Below, piece by piece: positions 39,636 through 51,082 of a stretch of DNA of 64,000 nucleotides. The stretch comes from Raillietiella orientalis (taxonomy: Eukaryota): assembly GCA_036172245.1 (NCBI GenBank), contig JAYWIR010000060.1:558001-622000 (forward strand). Direction: 5' to 3'. How positions within the stretch are numbered: the stretch's first letter is position 1; every line of letters begins with the position of its first letter. A program made the position numbers and the translations under genes. A model generated the notes under the pieces. That model was not told where the DNA came from. It was given only the letters and a program-made list of their open reading frames with translations, and ran no database searches.

Positions 39636-40916
39636 ATGCCCAGTACACAGGATAGTGTGGAGGAGCAAGCCACTGGATGCACTTCAGCTGCACTTGAAGT
39701 GGCCGCATCCTCCGTAATGGTTTCCTCGCCCCCGGTGCGGAGTTACGCCGCCGTTACCTCCCGAAGACCAGGACCCTGCGATGCGGAGTTCCAGGCATAT
39801 GTGTCATCAGGATACATGCCTGCACTCCGTTATAAGGTCAGTGGGCCACTTAACGGGAGAATCGGTCGTGAGCTCAATGATGAGCTCGTCCGGATAGGCG
39901 TTCGCGAGGAGGAACTCCTTGCCATAATGCCTGCTGGCGGGATGGAATATACGAAGATTCGGTGCAAGAACGCAGCACTTGTGCAGCGCCTTCTCCGTAC
40001 GCCGTTGACCATCAATGGCAAGGAAGTCCTACCTACCGCGATGGACGACTCTTTTGTCGTTCAATTGTGCGACATCGAACCGGAAATCTCCGACCACGAT
40101 GTCGTAAGTGTGCTGGCGAAGTTCGCCACCGTGCACGCTCTGTGGAGGAGGCCAAATCCTCTTAAGGATTTCCCCTCTGTCCACATTGGACAAGCCTCCG
40201 CGCGGATCACCGTCGCGAACAGGCGTGTTGTGCCTGAGCAGCTGCAGGTGAACGGCACGGTCGTTCACCTGTGGTTCATAAGCCAGACTCGCGCGTGCGA
40301 GCAGTGCGGCAAGGAGGGCCATCGAATTAAAGAGTGCCCCTCTCCAAGATGCCGCTATTGCAAAGATTCGGGGCACGAAATCAAAAAGTGCCCGGTACTT
40401 GCAAGAAAAAGAGCCGCAGCGGAAATTCGTCGGGTTCAAGAGACCACTGCACGAAAAGCCGCAGCGGCAAATAAAAAACGTCGTCCGCAAAAACTCGAAA
40501 AAAACCACGAGCGATCTGCGGATAAAAAGAAAGCATCCCCGCCCGCAACGCCCCGAAAGGGGAAAGTCACAGCGGGGAAACCAATTAAAAAGGGGCGCGA
40601 GGGTTTGACGCGTGCCGTGCCTTCCCTCTCTGCCGAACTCGCAGGCACCTTTCCGAGCCTGGAACCAGGAAATCTCCGTAACACCCTGGAGGGAAAGGTA
40701 GGAAAACAGGAAGATCGCAACAGTGCAAAGACATCTTGCGCCGTTCCGTTGTCCCTTCGGAGTTCCGGACAGCCCCACTGCAGCGCAGGCCCCACTGCAA
40801 AGGCTACGAAAGCCGTAAAAAGCAGCGTCGCGACGAGCAAAAGCACGCTGCATGCAGTCGCCCCATCGCCGACTCGGCAGGTTTCCCCAAGTCCCACAAG
40901 GGGTGGGGTAAGTTCA
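39636..40916 (+). pseudogene. E10 ORF1, N-terminal part (resumes at 46507-47179)
   Basis: Knuckles CEQCGKEGHRIKEC and CRYCKDSGHEIKKC; reads ..SPTRGGVSS|PTRQERRDL in frame once E11 is removed. Confidence 0.88.
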
Positions 40917-41015
40917 TTTTTCTATAAAAATACAAAATTTACATTCGCACTCTCATTCACTCAAGACAAACATTTTGTAGTTGGGGGTCCTTGGGTTGCA
41001 CTAGAGTTCTGCTTT

Positions 41016-44000
41016 TCAGGGGGGAATTCCAGCTGGATGGTCCCGGGCGTCGTCCTGGATCCTCTTCAGGATGAATTGGTACGTCCAGGCGTGGATCTTC
41101 CCGCAGTTCCTGATGCCGATTTCCCTCTTCAGGAGCCCTTGTAGGATCTCCATCGGTGGTGCGACTCTCCTGGCTTTCCTCATTTTCCACCACCGCACAA
41201 GTATGGCGGTGATGAAGAGGGCTATGGTCTTCCTCACCATGGGATTGTAACAGGGAACATTACCATCCCAATGAAACATCCCGGCGAGGATCTCCATAAT
41301 GGACTTGTTGGTAAGTCCTATGATCCTTTTCAGGATCAGCCAGTCATGCAGCAGTGTGGGACACGTCAAGACGTGAAGTCTCGTGTCGTCGTCTCCACAT
41401 GCTGCGCAGTCTCGGTCTTCCCGTCTTCCTGTAAAGTGCTGCAATCGGGACCCACTCTGGATTCCTCCGTGATAAAACATCAGGAGGTCATCCTGGGTGC
41501 CCGGCGGAAGGTCACTCCTCCAGAGCGTCGTGCCGATCGCTAACAGGTTGAACCGTTCACTCCCGTAGCGTTCGGTGGCTTCCTGGAGGGCACAGGTGTC
41601 ACGGTCGTTTTCTTGGATAAGCCTTCGGAGGTTTGTTCTGGTTACCCTCGACCATGCGAAGTCGTTGTGGTTGAACCACACTTCGCGGGTCCTGTGGGTA
41701 AACCTTCCTAACATCATCTCTGTATACCGAAGTATACGTGTTTGATGTAGGTAGCCTCCTCGCCTCCACTCCTGGATTTGCTGTAGGGTAACTCTGGACC
41801 GCTGGTAGATCCAGCTTCTCGTGTCCGGTGGGACAGGAAGCAACCAAGGGATCACCAGGTTGGACTCGTCCTGCCAGAGTTCCCTGCTTCGCGGCACGAT
41901 CTTGATTTGGTGCTTCCGCACCAGCCGTTGCTTCCTCCTCCAGGTCGGGTCGATTCTTATCCATTCCCCTACTTTGCCTAGCAGCGCAGTCATCAGGCCT
42001 TTCGAGTTGTTAAGCAACAACGCGTAGGCCCTGTGCGCCGCATACGGCCAGTCATCCCAGTAAGTGGCAATGTCCAGGATGTGTCGCGTATCCATGATTC
42101 CCATGGAATGTGCAAGCGACTTCATCCCGGAACCGCCTTCTTCCCTGGGACGACACAGTGGTTTCAGTCTTACCCTTGGGCGATAGTGGCCCCAGAGTGT
42201 TTTTCTTTGCAGCTTGTCGAACTCCCTAGTAGTGTCCTTGTTCATCCTCGCGAAGGCCGCCCCGAAGAGCACTTTCGGAAGGAGTACTCCGTTCCATATG
42301 TTGGCCTTTCGCTTCATCCCCAGGTCCGTTCGGGTGTACTTGGCTGCTTCCTTGGCCGTTTTCCCCAGGATTTCCTTCCACAGCAGCTTCGACGCAGAGC
42401 CGTCGCCGATGTAGACTCCCAGGTACATGGCCGTGTCCACCGTACGGAATCCACTATCCGTTAGAGTGGATAGATCCAGTATTCCGACGGGCAAAAGCTG
42501 GCTCTTCTGGGAATTGATTTTTAAGCCCAAGCCCTGTTCCATCAGGTCCACCACATCCAGAAACGCACGCTGATTTTTCTCTCCCTTGATGAAGAAGAGT
42601 AGATCATTGGCGTATGCCAGATGGGTAAGACGCTGGCTATCGATGGTAATCCCGCTTAGTCGTCCGCTCTTCTCGATAAAGGACGACAACGCCTCCATAT
42701 AGATGACGAACAGCATCGGACTTAGCGAGTCGCCCTGTCGGACTCCTCGTTCCATCCTGATTGCTGCCGTCTCCTGGCCGTTGATCTTGATCCGGCAGTA
42801 CTGGTTCTGGAGTACCGCCCTCACGAAGTTGCTGAAGTGTTCCGGAAGCCCTAGCTTCTCCAGAACCTTCAGCAGCATCCCGTGGTCGATGGAGTCAAAG
42901 GCCTTCTCCATGTCAGTGAACACCAGCACCAGGTTCTCGCCGACGTATCGACTGAGTCCAACAGTGGCCTGGGCACACTTGACATTGTCCGACATGTGTC
43001 GACCTGGGACTGCACATGTCTGGACCGGAGAGATCAGCCTCGACATGACCTTGCCTAAGCGGTTGGACCAGATCTTCGCCAACCACTTGGCATCGGAGTT
43101 TAGGATCGAGATTGGCCTCCATTGGGCGATCTGGATAGAGTCGCCTCCTTTCGGCAGCAATCTCATCCGACTCTCGTAGAAGGACTGAGGTAGTCTGCCT
43201 TCTTCCCGGATGCAGAGGGTCAACTGGTGGAACAAGCGCAGGTAGGCGTGCAGGTACCGCTGATAGTGCGTGATGGGTACACTGTCAGGGCCCGCTGCCA
43301 CGTCCTTGCGAAGTTGCCCAAACGCAGTTCTCACCTCTTCTTCGGAGAACTCCTCCTCCAGTCTGTTCCCCTGGAGGTCGTCGGTCCTCTTCTCGAGATA
43401 GCTCAAGAAGGCCTGTTGACAACAGCGACACAGCTGTTGTCGCCTGAAGTGTTTCGTGTAATGCCTGTGAAAGGCATCCACGATGTCCTCAGACGACTGT
43501 CGCTTTTGGCCGTCGTACTGGATGCAGAAGATATCTGTTTCCAGATTTCTCTTCTCCAGCACGCCGACTTCCCCTTTTATGTTATTGAGGACGTACCGAC
43601 TCTCGTACTGATCAAAGTACTTTGAGAGGGAGCGATCTTGGATGTTCAGCTCCCGGTACGCCTCTTGCCTCAAGCGCCTATCCCCGAACTGCATGTTCGC
43701 AAACAGGTGTATCCTGTGTTTCAGGCTGTCCCAGTCGGCGCCTCTTCGGATTGTTGTTGCCCTCAGAATCGCCTCCAGGACAGCCTGATGTCCGGGATGC
43801 GTTTCGAAGCAGGCGGGCATGCTGATGAGCGCTGCCCTGGTGCCTTGCCTCCGCCGAGGATTCTCCGTTCTTAGGGAAAACCGCACCAGGGGGTGATCGG
43901 ACACCGTAGTCATAGTGTCGCGAAACCCCTGGATGCGGTTCCCAAGTTCGGTGCTGTGCAGGACGTGATCGATTGGCTTGTGGCTTGCTGTTCGCCCGAC

Positions 44001-44639
44001 CAGTCCGAACTCCTCGGATAGCCGTCGATACGCCGTCCTTCCTCTGGCGTCTTCCGAATGAATGATCTCATCCAAGATGTTGAGATCGCCAGCAACAATC
44101 ACGACGTCCTTAGGGGCGACCTTTTGCCGGAGTGTTGCATGCAGCGCCTCCGCACAACGATGTTTTAGCCTGTGCGGCCCGTACACGTTCACCAGGATAA
44201 GGTGAACAGTCGTGGACCAGGCCAGTCGCACGCCGATGATTCGTCCGGGTTGGGGACAGAACACTTCCAGAATAGTGGGGGCTAAGTGGTTCTTTATTAG
44301 CACCGCCACACCCTTCGTGTTCCGTTCTCCTTCGTTGACGAACATCTGCCCGTTGAATCGCCGTTCCATTCGCTGGCTTATCTCGAGAGCCATCCTGTGG
44401 GACTCCTGCAGGCACACGATGTCTTGTTGTGCGATGGTCCGCACAATCCTTCTTCTTTTTCCCTGGTCGACCACACCGTTTACGTTCCAGGAGGCGATGT
44501 TAATCCTCCTGGCGGTCGATAGGGAAGAGGCCAGAAAAGGGGAAGACCTATTTTTTGGCCTTCCTGAGCTTCTTCTGTCTGAGAGAGCGTGCTCTTCCAG
44601 ACAATGAAGAAGCAGAGGGCTTCTCGCTGCCGGCGTCAC
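41016..44639 (-). CDS. E11 ORF2: APE endonuclease + RT + C-terminal zinc finger (1207 aa open frame; YAND instead of YADD)
   Basis: IASWNVNG, CLQE, NVYGP, AGDLN, IDH, SDH; GPDS, WRPISILNSD, DMEKAFD, GVRQGDSLSP, YAND, YLGV; CAACGDDDTRLHVLTCP. Confidence 0.95.
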   Translation of the reverse strand: MTPAARSPLLLHCLEEHALSDRRSSGRPKNRSSPFLASSLSTARRINIASWNVNGVVDQGKRRRIVRTIAQQDIVCLQESHRMALEISQRMERRFNGQMFVNEGERNTKGVAVLIKNHLAPTILEVFCPQPGRIIGVRLAWSTTVHLILVNVYGPHRLKHRCAEALHATLRQKVAPKDVVIVAGDLNILDEIIHSEDARGRTAYRRLSEEFGLVGRTASHKPIDHVLHSTELGNRIQGFRDTMTTVSDHPLVRFSLRTENPRRRQGTRAALISMPACFETHPGHQAVLEAILRATTIRRGADWDSLKHRIHLFANMQFGDRRLRQEAYRELNIQDRSLSKYFDQYESRYVLNNIKGEVGVLEKRNLETDIFCIQYDGQKRQSSEDIVDAFHRHYTKHFRRQQLCRCCQQAFLSYLEKRTDDLQGNRLEEEFSEEEVRTAFGQLRKDVAAGPDSVPITHYQRYLHAYLRLFHQLTLCIREEGRLPQSFYESRMRLLPKGGDSIQIAQWRPISILNSDAKWLAKIWSNRLGKVMSRLISPVQTCAVPGRHMSDNVKCAQATVGLSRYVGENLVLVFTDMEKAFDSIDHGMLLKVLEKLGLPEHFSNFVRAVLQNQYCRIKINGQETAAIRMERGVRQGDSLSPMLFVIYMEALSSFIEKSGRLSGITIDSQRLTHLAYANDLLFFIKGEKNQRAFLDVVDLMEQGLGLKINSQKSQLLPVGILDLSTLTDSGFRTVDTAMYLGVYIGDGSASKLLWKEILGKTAKEAAKYTRTDLGMKRKANIWNGVLLPKVLFGAAFARMNKDTTREFDKLQRKTLWGHYRPRVRLKPLCRPREEGGSGMKSLAHSMGIMDTRHILDIATYWDDWPYAAHRAYALLLNNSKGLMTALLGKVGEWIRIDPTWRRKQRLVRKHQIKIVPRSRELWQDESNLVIPWLLPVPPDTRSWIYQRSRVTLQQIQEWRRGGYLHQTRILRYTEMMLGRFTHRTREVWFNHNDFAWSRVTRTNLRRLIQENDRDTCALQEATERYGSERFNLLAIGTTLWRSDLPPGTQDDLLMFYHGGIQSGSRLQHFTGRREDRDCAACGDDDTRLHVLTCPTLLHDWLILKRIIGLTNKSIMEILAGMFHWDGNVPCYNPMVRKTIALFITAILVRWWKMRKARRVAPPMEILQGLLKREIGIRNCGKIHAWTYQFILKRIQDDARDHPAGIPP

Positions 44640-46314
44640 TCTCCGTACCTGTGAGGTCGGTAATTTCCGCCTCCTCCGTAGAGTGTTCCGCCTGCGCGAT
44701 CAATTTTCGAGATAGCGCCTCTATCTCGACCTTGGCGCAGAAGTTCGCCTTCACGTCGAGAAGCTGTTCCACTAACTTCTCGCGTTCAGCGACCTCCACC
44801 ACCTGGTTGATGTTCTCTTGTGCAGTGCAGATCTTCTGCAAGATTTTCTCTTGCTGAGGACCGCTCTGCACCTCCATGATCTCCTCCGCCAGTGTTGCCA
44901 ACTCCTCCGTAGTCTGCGGAGCCTCCTGCGACACTTTAGTGGCTTCCTGTCTCTCTTCCTTCGCGCCTTCCTGCGCTACCTCCATCTTCTCGCCTTCCTG
45001 CTCTGCTGCTTCCAGGATTTGAGGAGTTCCTTGCTCCTTGACGAGCATCCTCCTCTTTCCCTTCTTTCCCACTTCTATGAAGCCGTCCGCCGACACCGGG
45101 ACAGCTTCTTTCACTTTTTTCTGCCTTCCTGCCTTCTGAGGCTGTTCGGCCTCCTTGATGTTTCTCTCTCTCACGGGAGAGAGACCTCGAATCCTTCTGC
45201 AGTTTTTAAACTCCGGACAGCTCCATTTCGCATGTCCGTGTTTCTTGCAGAAGGAGCACACCTCCGGATGCGGGCAGTTTCGGACTTGATGTCCTACTTT
45301 GCCGCAGCGGAAACAACGACTCGTTGGGCAAGAGCCGGCCCTGTGACCGAACTGCTTGCACCCGGTGCAGAATACCGGTTGTTGCCGGTAACGCACATTC
45401 ACTCCCTGGGATTGTTCGTCAATAACGGCCAATCCAGGGATCACCGCTCCCTCCCTCAACTTCATCTTGGCGATCATGTCGCCAGAAAATATGTTTCCAG
45501 AGAAGTTCTGGAAATCAAGGTCCAGAACTTCCCCAAACTGCTCCAAGTAATTCCACACCGCTAGTTGCGGTGTGCGGATGGAGATGCCGTTTAAAAAGAC
45601 GGTTGTGTATGGCATCTCGCCAATACCACAAACCATCCGTCCTTGTATATTGATCCCCTTCTGGATCAATCGCTCTCTAATTTTTTCACAGTCTGTAAAG
45701 ACTGTGAACCCGTTGTTTGATGGAATGATCGCCTGAATGCGATCAAAGTCTATGTCCGTCTTGTCGAGGGACAAATAGACCTCCCTGATGTTATTAAATC
45801 TTATTAGCTCCGTCTTGAAGATAATGGGCTTCACGTTGGGGCCTATTTCGACTATTGGTCGGTCCACTTTTAGTACTTTTCCGCTAAGCGGCTTACCGAA
45901 TTTCCTAGGTGGGTGGACACTCGCCTGTCCAGCCGCCACCGACGCATAAGAAAAAGGCTGCGACGCCGCAGCCGAACAAGATGGCGTCGCTCCCTGCACC
46001 GCGTGGACGCCCGCGGGTCCCGCCTGGGACGCCACCGCCGCGGGCGCAAACCTCGACGTTGCCGCCGTTACCGCCGCGGGCGGCACCTTCGGCATCGCCG
46101 CCGCAGGCGCGACCTTCCCCGCCGCGGGCACGATCCTCGGCGTCGCCGCCGCGGGCACGACCTCCGCCGTCGTCGCCGCGGGCACGACCCTTGGCATCGC
46201 CGCCGCCGGCGCAGCAAAGCCCGCCGCGGGCGCGATCCTCGGCATGCCTGCCACCGCCTCGCCGTTGCCGCACGTTACCTCCATGGCTTCCATGGGGGAC
46301 GACGGTCTCTCCAC
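44548..46314 (-). CDS. E11 ORF1: gag-like nucleic-acid-binding protein (588 aa)
   Basis: RRM-like TVFLNGI..YLEQFGEV and three CCHC knuckles (CTGCKQFGHRAGSC, CFRCGKVGHQVRNC, CSFCKKHGHAKWSC); Ala/Pro-rich N-terminal repeats. Confidence 0.95.
   Translation of the reverse strand: MERPSSPMEAMEVTCGNGEAVAGMPRIAPAAGFAAPAAAMPRVVPAATTAEVVPAAATPRIVPAAGKVAPAAAMPKVPPAAVTAATSRFAPAAVASQAGPAGVHAVQGATPSCSAAASQPFSYASVAAGQASVHPPRKFGKPLSGKVLKVDRPIVEIGPNVKPIIFKTELIRFNNIREVYLSLDKTDIDFDRIQAIIPSNNGFTVFTDCEKIRERLIQKGINIQGRMVCGIGEMPYTTVFLNGISIRTPQLAVWNYLEQFGEVLDLDFQNFSGNIFSGDMIAKMKLREGAVIPGLAVIDEQSQGVNVRYRQQPVFCTGCKQFGHRAGSCPTSRCFRCGKVGHQVRNCPHPEVCSFCKKHGHAKWSCPEFKNCRRIRGLSPVRERNIKEAEQPQKAGRQKKVKEAVPVSADGFIEVGKKGKRRMLVKEQGTPQILEAAEQEGEKMEVAQEGAKEERQEATKVSQEAPQTTEELATLAEEIMEVQSGPQQEKILQKICTAQENINQVVEVAEREKLVEQLLDVKANFCAKVEIEALSRKLIAQAEHSTEEAEITDLTGTESDAGSEKPSASSLSGRARSLRQKKLRKAKK
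46010..46250 (-). repeat. Coding minisatellite in E11 ORF1 (..PAA.. units)
   Basis: Repeated CCCGCGGCG-based units encoding PRIAPAAG, PRVVPAAT, PRIVPAAG, PKVPPAAV, SRFAPAAV. Confidence 0.8.
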
Positions 46315-47178
46315 TCATCTTCTAGGTGCCTGCATCCTGGCAGCTGGTCTTGCTGCACGGGACCACTGCAGGTCTTTTGCCGCGATCTCCTCGCCGCTTC
46401 TTTTTTTTGTTTCTTCTGGAAAACTTCCCCTCTCCGGGCACACACGAGCACAATGAACTGATTAAGTTGTCAAGCGCAGAATACTTTGAGCCGCGGAGCA
46501 AGTTCACCGACTCGGCAGGAGAGGAGGGATCTGCCGACTGTCAAGAAGGTGACTGCGTTGCCGCCTTTTAAAGGCGTAGGGAAAGCAACGCCCCCAAGAG
46601 AACGCAGCGAAAATCCCGGAGGTTTCCGCAACTACTGCCGCGGAAGCCTCCAAAAATCGCGAAGGCGTATAAAAGGTTGTGAAGAGGAGGAAAGAAAAAT
46701 CCCCAAGAAAAGCTCCGCAACCTCCATCCCTGAGCTCTTCCAAAGGAAAAAGCAGTCGCGGGAATACGAAAACACGCGCGGCTTGTGCCTCTTCCAAGGA
46801 AAAAGCCAGCGCCTTTAACGCGTGCAAGTCCGCTTCTGTGACCGCCGAGAAGAATATTCCGGTGCGATCGGACGGATACAAACGCACGTCGATCGTGCGA
46901 GCATCAGACTTCGCAAAGGAGTCCGATAGCGCCGCTGAACGACGCGTTTCTCGCGCGGAAGCGAGCGCCCGCAGGGCGGAAGCCCTGAGGCGTGACACAC
47001 TCGCCGCGGAACGGCGAGTGCTCTCCCCGGAACCCACAGGTTCTGCACCCGGGGAGGAGCACCCAATTACGTGCAGCACAGTTGAGGCCGGTGCCGACCA
47101 CGCCCTCCAGCCCGTCGTGCTGCTTACTGCCCGCTCGCCGGGTGAGGCGAACACCACGGCCTCGCTTTCCCAGCCGTG

Positions 47179-50100
47179 ATGAGGGCAATCGCGTCTTCTT
47201 GTCGTGTTGCCGTAACGTCTTGGAACGTCAACGGGCTACAACACGAGGAGAAGAGGCGACTAGTGGCTGACGCTCTGCGCGCCTTCGACTTGACGCTCCT
47301 GCGGGAGATTCACAGCATCTCCGGAGAGCAGGCTGCCGAAATCGAACGGCGCGCGGGCGGAACGCTACTTTATAGGTGCGGCGTTGCACGTACGTGCGGC
47401 GTCGCTTTCCTCGTGCGAGGAACTTTGGCGGGAGCGGTGCGCAGCGTTCGTTTCGACACGGAAGGCCGAGTGGGACAGCTTGTACTCAAGTGGTAACCAA
47501 CGTGTACCCGCCGAGCGGTGCTGGACGATGGGCCGAAAGGATTGAGTTCTTCGGTACCCTTCAAAGCCAGTGGCTCACTCGATCTCACCCTACTGTGGCC
47601 CATCTCATTGCGGGGGACTTTAACGTCCACCTGCTTTCCGAGAATAGATCCCACAAAAGGGAAAAGTTGCTAGCGGAAGAAATGTGCGCGTCCGTGCACG
47701 CGTGCAACTTGTTCGCTAGCGACCCTGTTATGGCAGCAACGCCGGACCACGTATACCTTGATGAACACTTGCTCTGTCGAGTGGGTCGGAGAGGTCCCGT
47801 GCCGTCCGTGCTTTCAGACCATAACAGGCTCGAGTTCGAGTTGCTCCCGCCAGGCAAGGGGCCTCCAAACTGTTTTTGGAGGATGCCGGCAGACTGGCTA
47901 AGCCACCCGGAGGCGGCTGAGCATCTTCGCCAGTACCTCCTCGGCTTTGCCATAAATGAGCTCGACGACTGGGACGATCTGAAAAGATCGGTCCGGGAGT
48001 TCTGCTGCCGGTTTCCCTTGCACCAGCTTCCGCGCGGCTTCGGAGAGGGCGTAGCCAACAGCAGAGATTTTCTGCAGGCCCGCTCCTTTTCCAGGCGCGC
48101 GGACGTTGGTCGATTATCCCAGTACAAGGCCAAGGCCGAGCGCCAGGTCTGGCAGTCAGGGGCGACAGTTCTGCTCGACGACCAGGACCGGGAATGCTCG
48201 GCTCCAGCCGACGTGCGACGGATAGTCAGGCGCTATTACTCTTCTCTGTATGCAGAGGCACCGACGGAACGCAGCCTCTCCCGGCTGCTTCTGCCGATTG
48301 ATGCACCTGTTGTAGACGAGGAGGAACGCGCGCGTCTTGATGAGCCCTTCACGGCCGAGGAAATTTCCTCGGCTACTCGGGGCTCAAGAGACGAAAAGCG
48401 CCAGGCGAAGATGGGCTTCCCGCGGAATTCTTTCAGTGTTTTGCGGCGGAGCTCATCCCCCTGGTGCTCCAACTCTCGTCGCTGATGCGAGACTCGGGCG
48501 ATGTCCCCGCCTCGTTTCGCTCAGCGAAGGTGCGTCTACTGCCGAAAGGCGGAGATTTGCGCCAACTGAACAACTGGCGTCCGATCACATTAGTGAATTC
48601 GGACGTCAAGTTGTTCTCGAAACTTTGGGTGGCGCGGATGGGTAGGATCGCGGAATCCTTGGTAAGTCCGGAGCAGATGTACGCTGTTCCTGGGCGGACC
48701 ATGGACGGGAATCTCTTGTTCATCCGCACATGGCTGCAATTGCAGCATCGTGTGGCGGTGGATCGTCGTGCGTAAGAGACGCCTTCCATCTCTCACCGAC
48801 GGAGGCGCGGGACGCAAAGGGAGACACCGGGAGCCTTGGCGGTTGCAGTCGATCTGCACAAAGCTTTCGATTGCGTGAACCAAAAGCTTCTTCTTGAGCT
48901 TTTGGAACGTCTGGGTCTTCCGGCATCCCTGTTGGCGTACTTGCGCTAATGCTGGCGCCACGCGATTACATCCATTGTTTTCAGTGGCTGTCGCGTGTAC
49001 GGCGTGCCGGTACGACGAGGAATTAGGCAGGGTGACAGCTTAAGCCCGCTGCTCTTCAGCATCTATTTTGAATTGGTGCTGGAGGCTTACAGGTTGACGC
49101 TAGCCAACCTGCCGAGCTCCTGTCCAGGTACGCCGGCCGTGGCAGCCTATGCCGACGACCTGCTTCTTCTGTTGCCCATGTCCACCCCGGCGACATCGCT
49201 TGAAGACTTCTTTGAGTTGATTCGTCGCGGTGCGGGCGTGAGCGTTAACAGGAGTAAGTGTATGGTTGTTCCGGTGGGTGCGACGTGGGAGGAGCAGTCC
49301 GACTGGATCGACCTGGGGATCCCCACGGGCAGGTACCTCAGGTACCTTGGCGTGCCGTTGGGCGACTTCTGCATCTCAGAAGCGTGGTCGGACTGCCTTC
49401 GGAAGGCAGAGCGTGCACTTATCCCGTTTTCAGGAGGCGAGTTCGTCTTGCCGGAACAGGCCTGCATCTGGAACACCTTCGTTGCCCCCCTCCTCCGCCC
49501 CCTGTTTTTTGTTGGTCAACCCCCTCAGGAAGTCAAAGTCTGGGCGCAGCGTTTTCTACGCAAAGCGTTGTGGGGCGCTGAAAGATCCCGTGTTAGACTT
49601 AAAGACTTGGTGGCGCCGCGTCAGGATGCAGGCTTGGGCATCCTCGACTTAAACAGCATCGAACTGCAGGTGCAGTTTCGCATGCTGCGGCTCTGTGCCA
49701 AGCTGTGGTGTACGCCGTGGTGCTTACCCGCACGCCTTATACTGAGGCGCTGCACGGGAAGCGAGGGACTGCTTTCGTTGCTACCCCACTTTCGGCACAC
49801 CAGAATAGGGTTTGGCTTCCCGCTGAGGCAGCTGTCCTCACTGCTGGAAGCCCCAAGCTGGATCTCCTGCCGCCCCATGAACATTAATGCATGGCGGCAG
49901 GAATCTTTTTCATCGTGGGCAGCTTCCGAAGGAACGCGCCCGGAAGATCTTCGACGCCTGCGACTTCTCCTCAGTCATCAAATGGACGAAGTCATGCAGG
50001 ACAAGAAGTTGTCGGATCGTCTGGCCGCCACACCACTCGCCGCAGCGCTGTCTGCCCTCAGGGCAAGCAACCACGGTTGCCTACCGGCGGAATGGAAGTT

Positions 50101-50728
50101 CTCCTGCAAAATAGCGGAAGTCAGTAAGCTCCTCGGCAGCTGGACGACAAAGGATCTGGTGCAAGTCGCCACTCCTCGGAATTGGGCGAAGGGTCTGCTT
50201 CGGTGGAGCGAACATTTCAGTGTGCCCCCCGTAGAGATAGTGGTTCCCCCCGTTTGTTTGGACAGCTCCGTGTTCCCCCTTAAGTGGAAACAAGATGTGC
50301 TGCTCTTTTTACATTGTGCATTTCACTGTAATAGGCAGCGAAGCATCGTTTCCGGGGGAGCTGCCTTGCCAAACTGTTTAAGGTGCGGAGAGATCGAGTC
50401 TTTTCCGCACCTTTTGCTGGACTGCGGTGACCTCCGGGAACTGTGGCGAAGGCTCACTTCGGCCATCATGCCACAAGGAGGCACTGCCATTGATGTGCTG
50501 CGGCGCTTCTTCAGCAGAAATGGACTTTCGGTTAGCGCGATTGATGCAACCATGTGTTGCGTTCGCGCCATCGTGAAGGCCCGCTACGCCCTGGAGTTGT
50601 CATCGCAGCGAAGGGAGGCTCACCTGCTTGCAGCTCAATTCATGGAGAAGGCTTCAAGGTGGTCTCATCTTCGTGACAAGGTGAATCAGGACATCACCGG
50701 CATACATCGCCGGTTTACACACCTTTGA
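47179..50728 (+). pseudogene. E10 ORF2 (APE + RT + zinc finger), frameshifted
   Basis: VTSWNVNG, AGDFN, SDH, NWRPITL, QGDSLSP, YADDL and CLRCGEIESFPHLLLDC spread over ORFs 47176, 47376, 48464 and 48995. Confidence 0.93.
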
Positions 50729-51082
50729 GAACGGCGTAATCCGGTGACCCCTGCGACCTCTCGCCCACCCATACCCCGTCCCCGTTCGCTCGGTAAAATT
50801 TCCGGTGCCCATGCTTTTATCCGCGTGTCTTCCAGAGCGATCCCAAAGACCCTTATCCCGTCCTCCTTATTCATTGTTTTTATTTTATTTTGGTTTCGTT
50901 GTGTTTCCCACCCCCCCCACACCGTTCAAGAAACTGTTACTCTGGCCTGCGTGCCAGCAATATTCTCTTCATTCTTGTTCAGTTGTCGGTTAGGAGTTTG
51001 GTTCCCAACTGGTTTATTTTGTATAATTGCTTTTTTTCGTTATGTTATATGGAATAAACGCCCCGGCGTCACCGGGTGAGAA

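Larger units (their letters stand above)
40917..46499 (-). mobile_element. E11: full-length (5583 bp) L1/Tx1-clade element of a distinct family, both ORFs open
   Basis: Flanked by AAGTTCA (40910-40916, 46500-46506); 3' end ..TTTTTATAGAAAAA; lacks the hairpin terminus of the other copies. Confidence 0.95.
39519..51082 (+). mobile_element. E10: full-length Tx1-like element inserted in E9 and itself interrupted by E11
   Basis: 12-bp TSD ATCTCCCGGGCT at 39507-39518 and 51083-51094. ORF1 at 39636-40916 + 46507-47179, TGATG overlap, ORF2 47179-50728, family 3' terminus 51053-51082. Confidence 0.95.

Noticed and set aside
40917..41144. Apparent C-terminus of the 502-aa ORF 39636..41144
   Set aside because: Read-through into the antisense 3' end of E11; the real ORF1 resumes at 46507.
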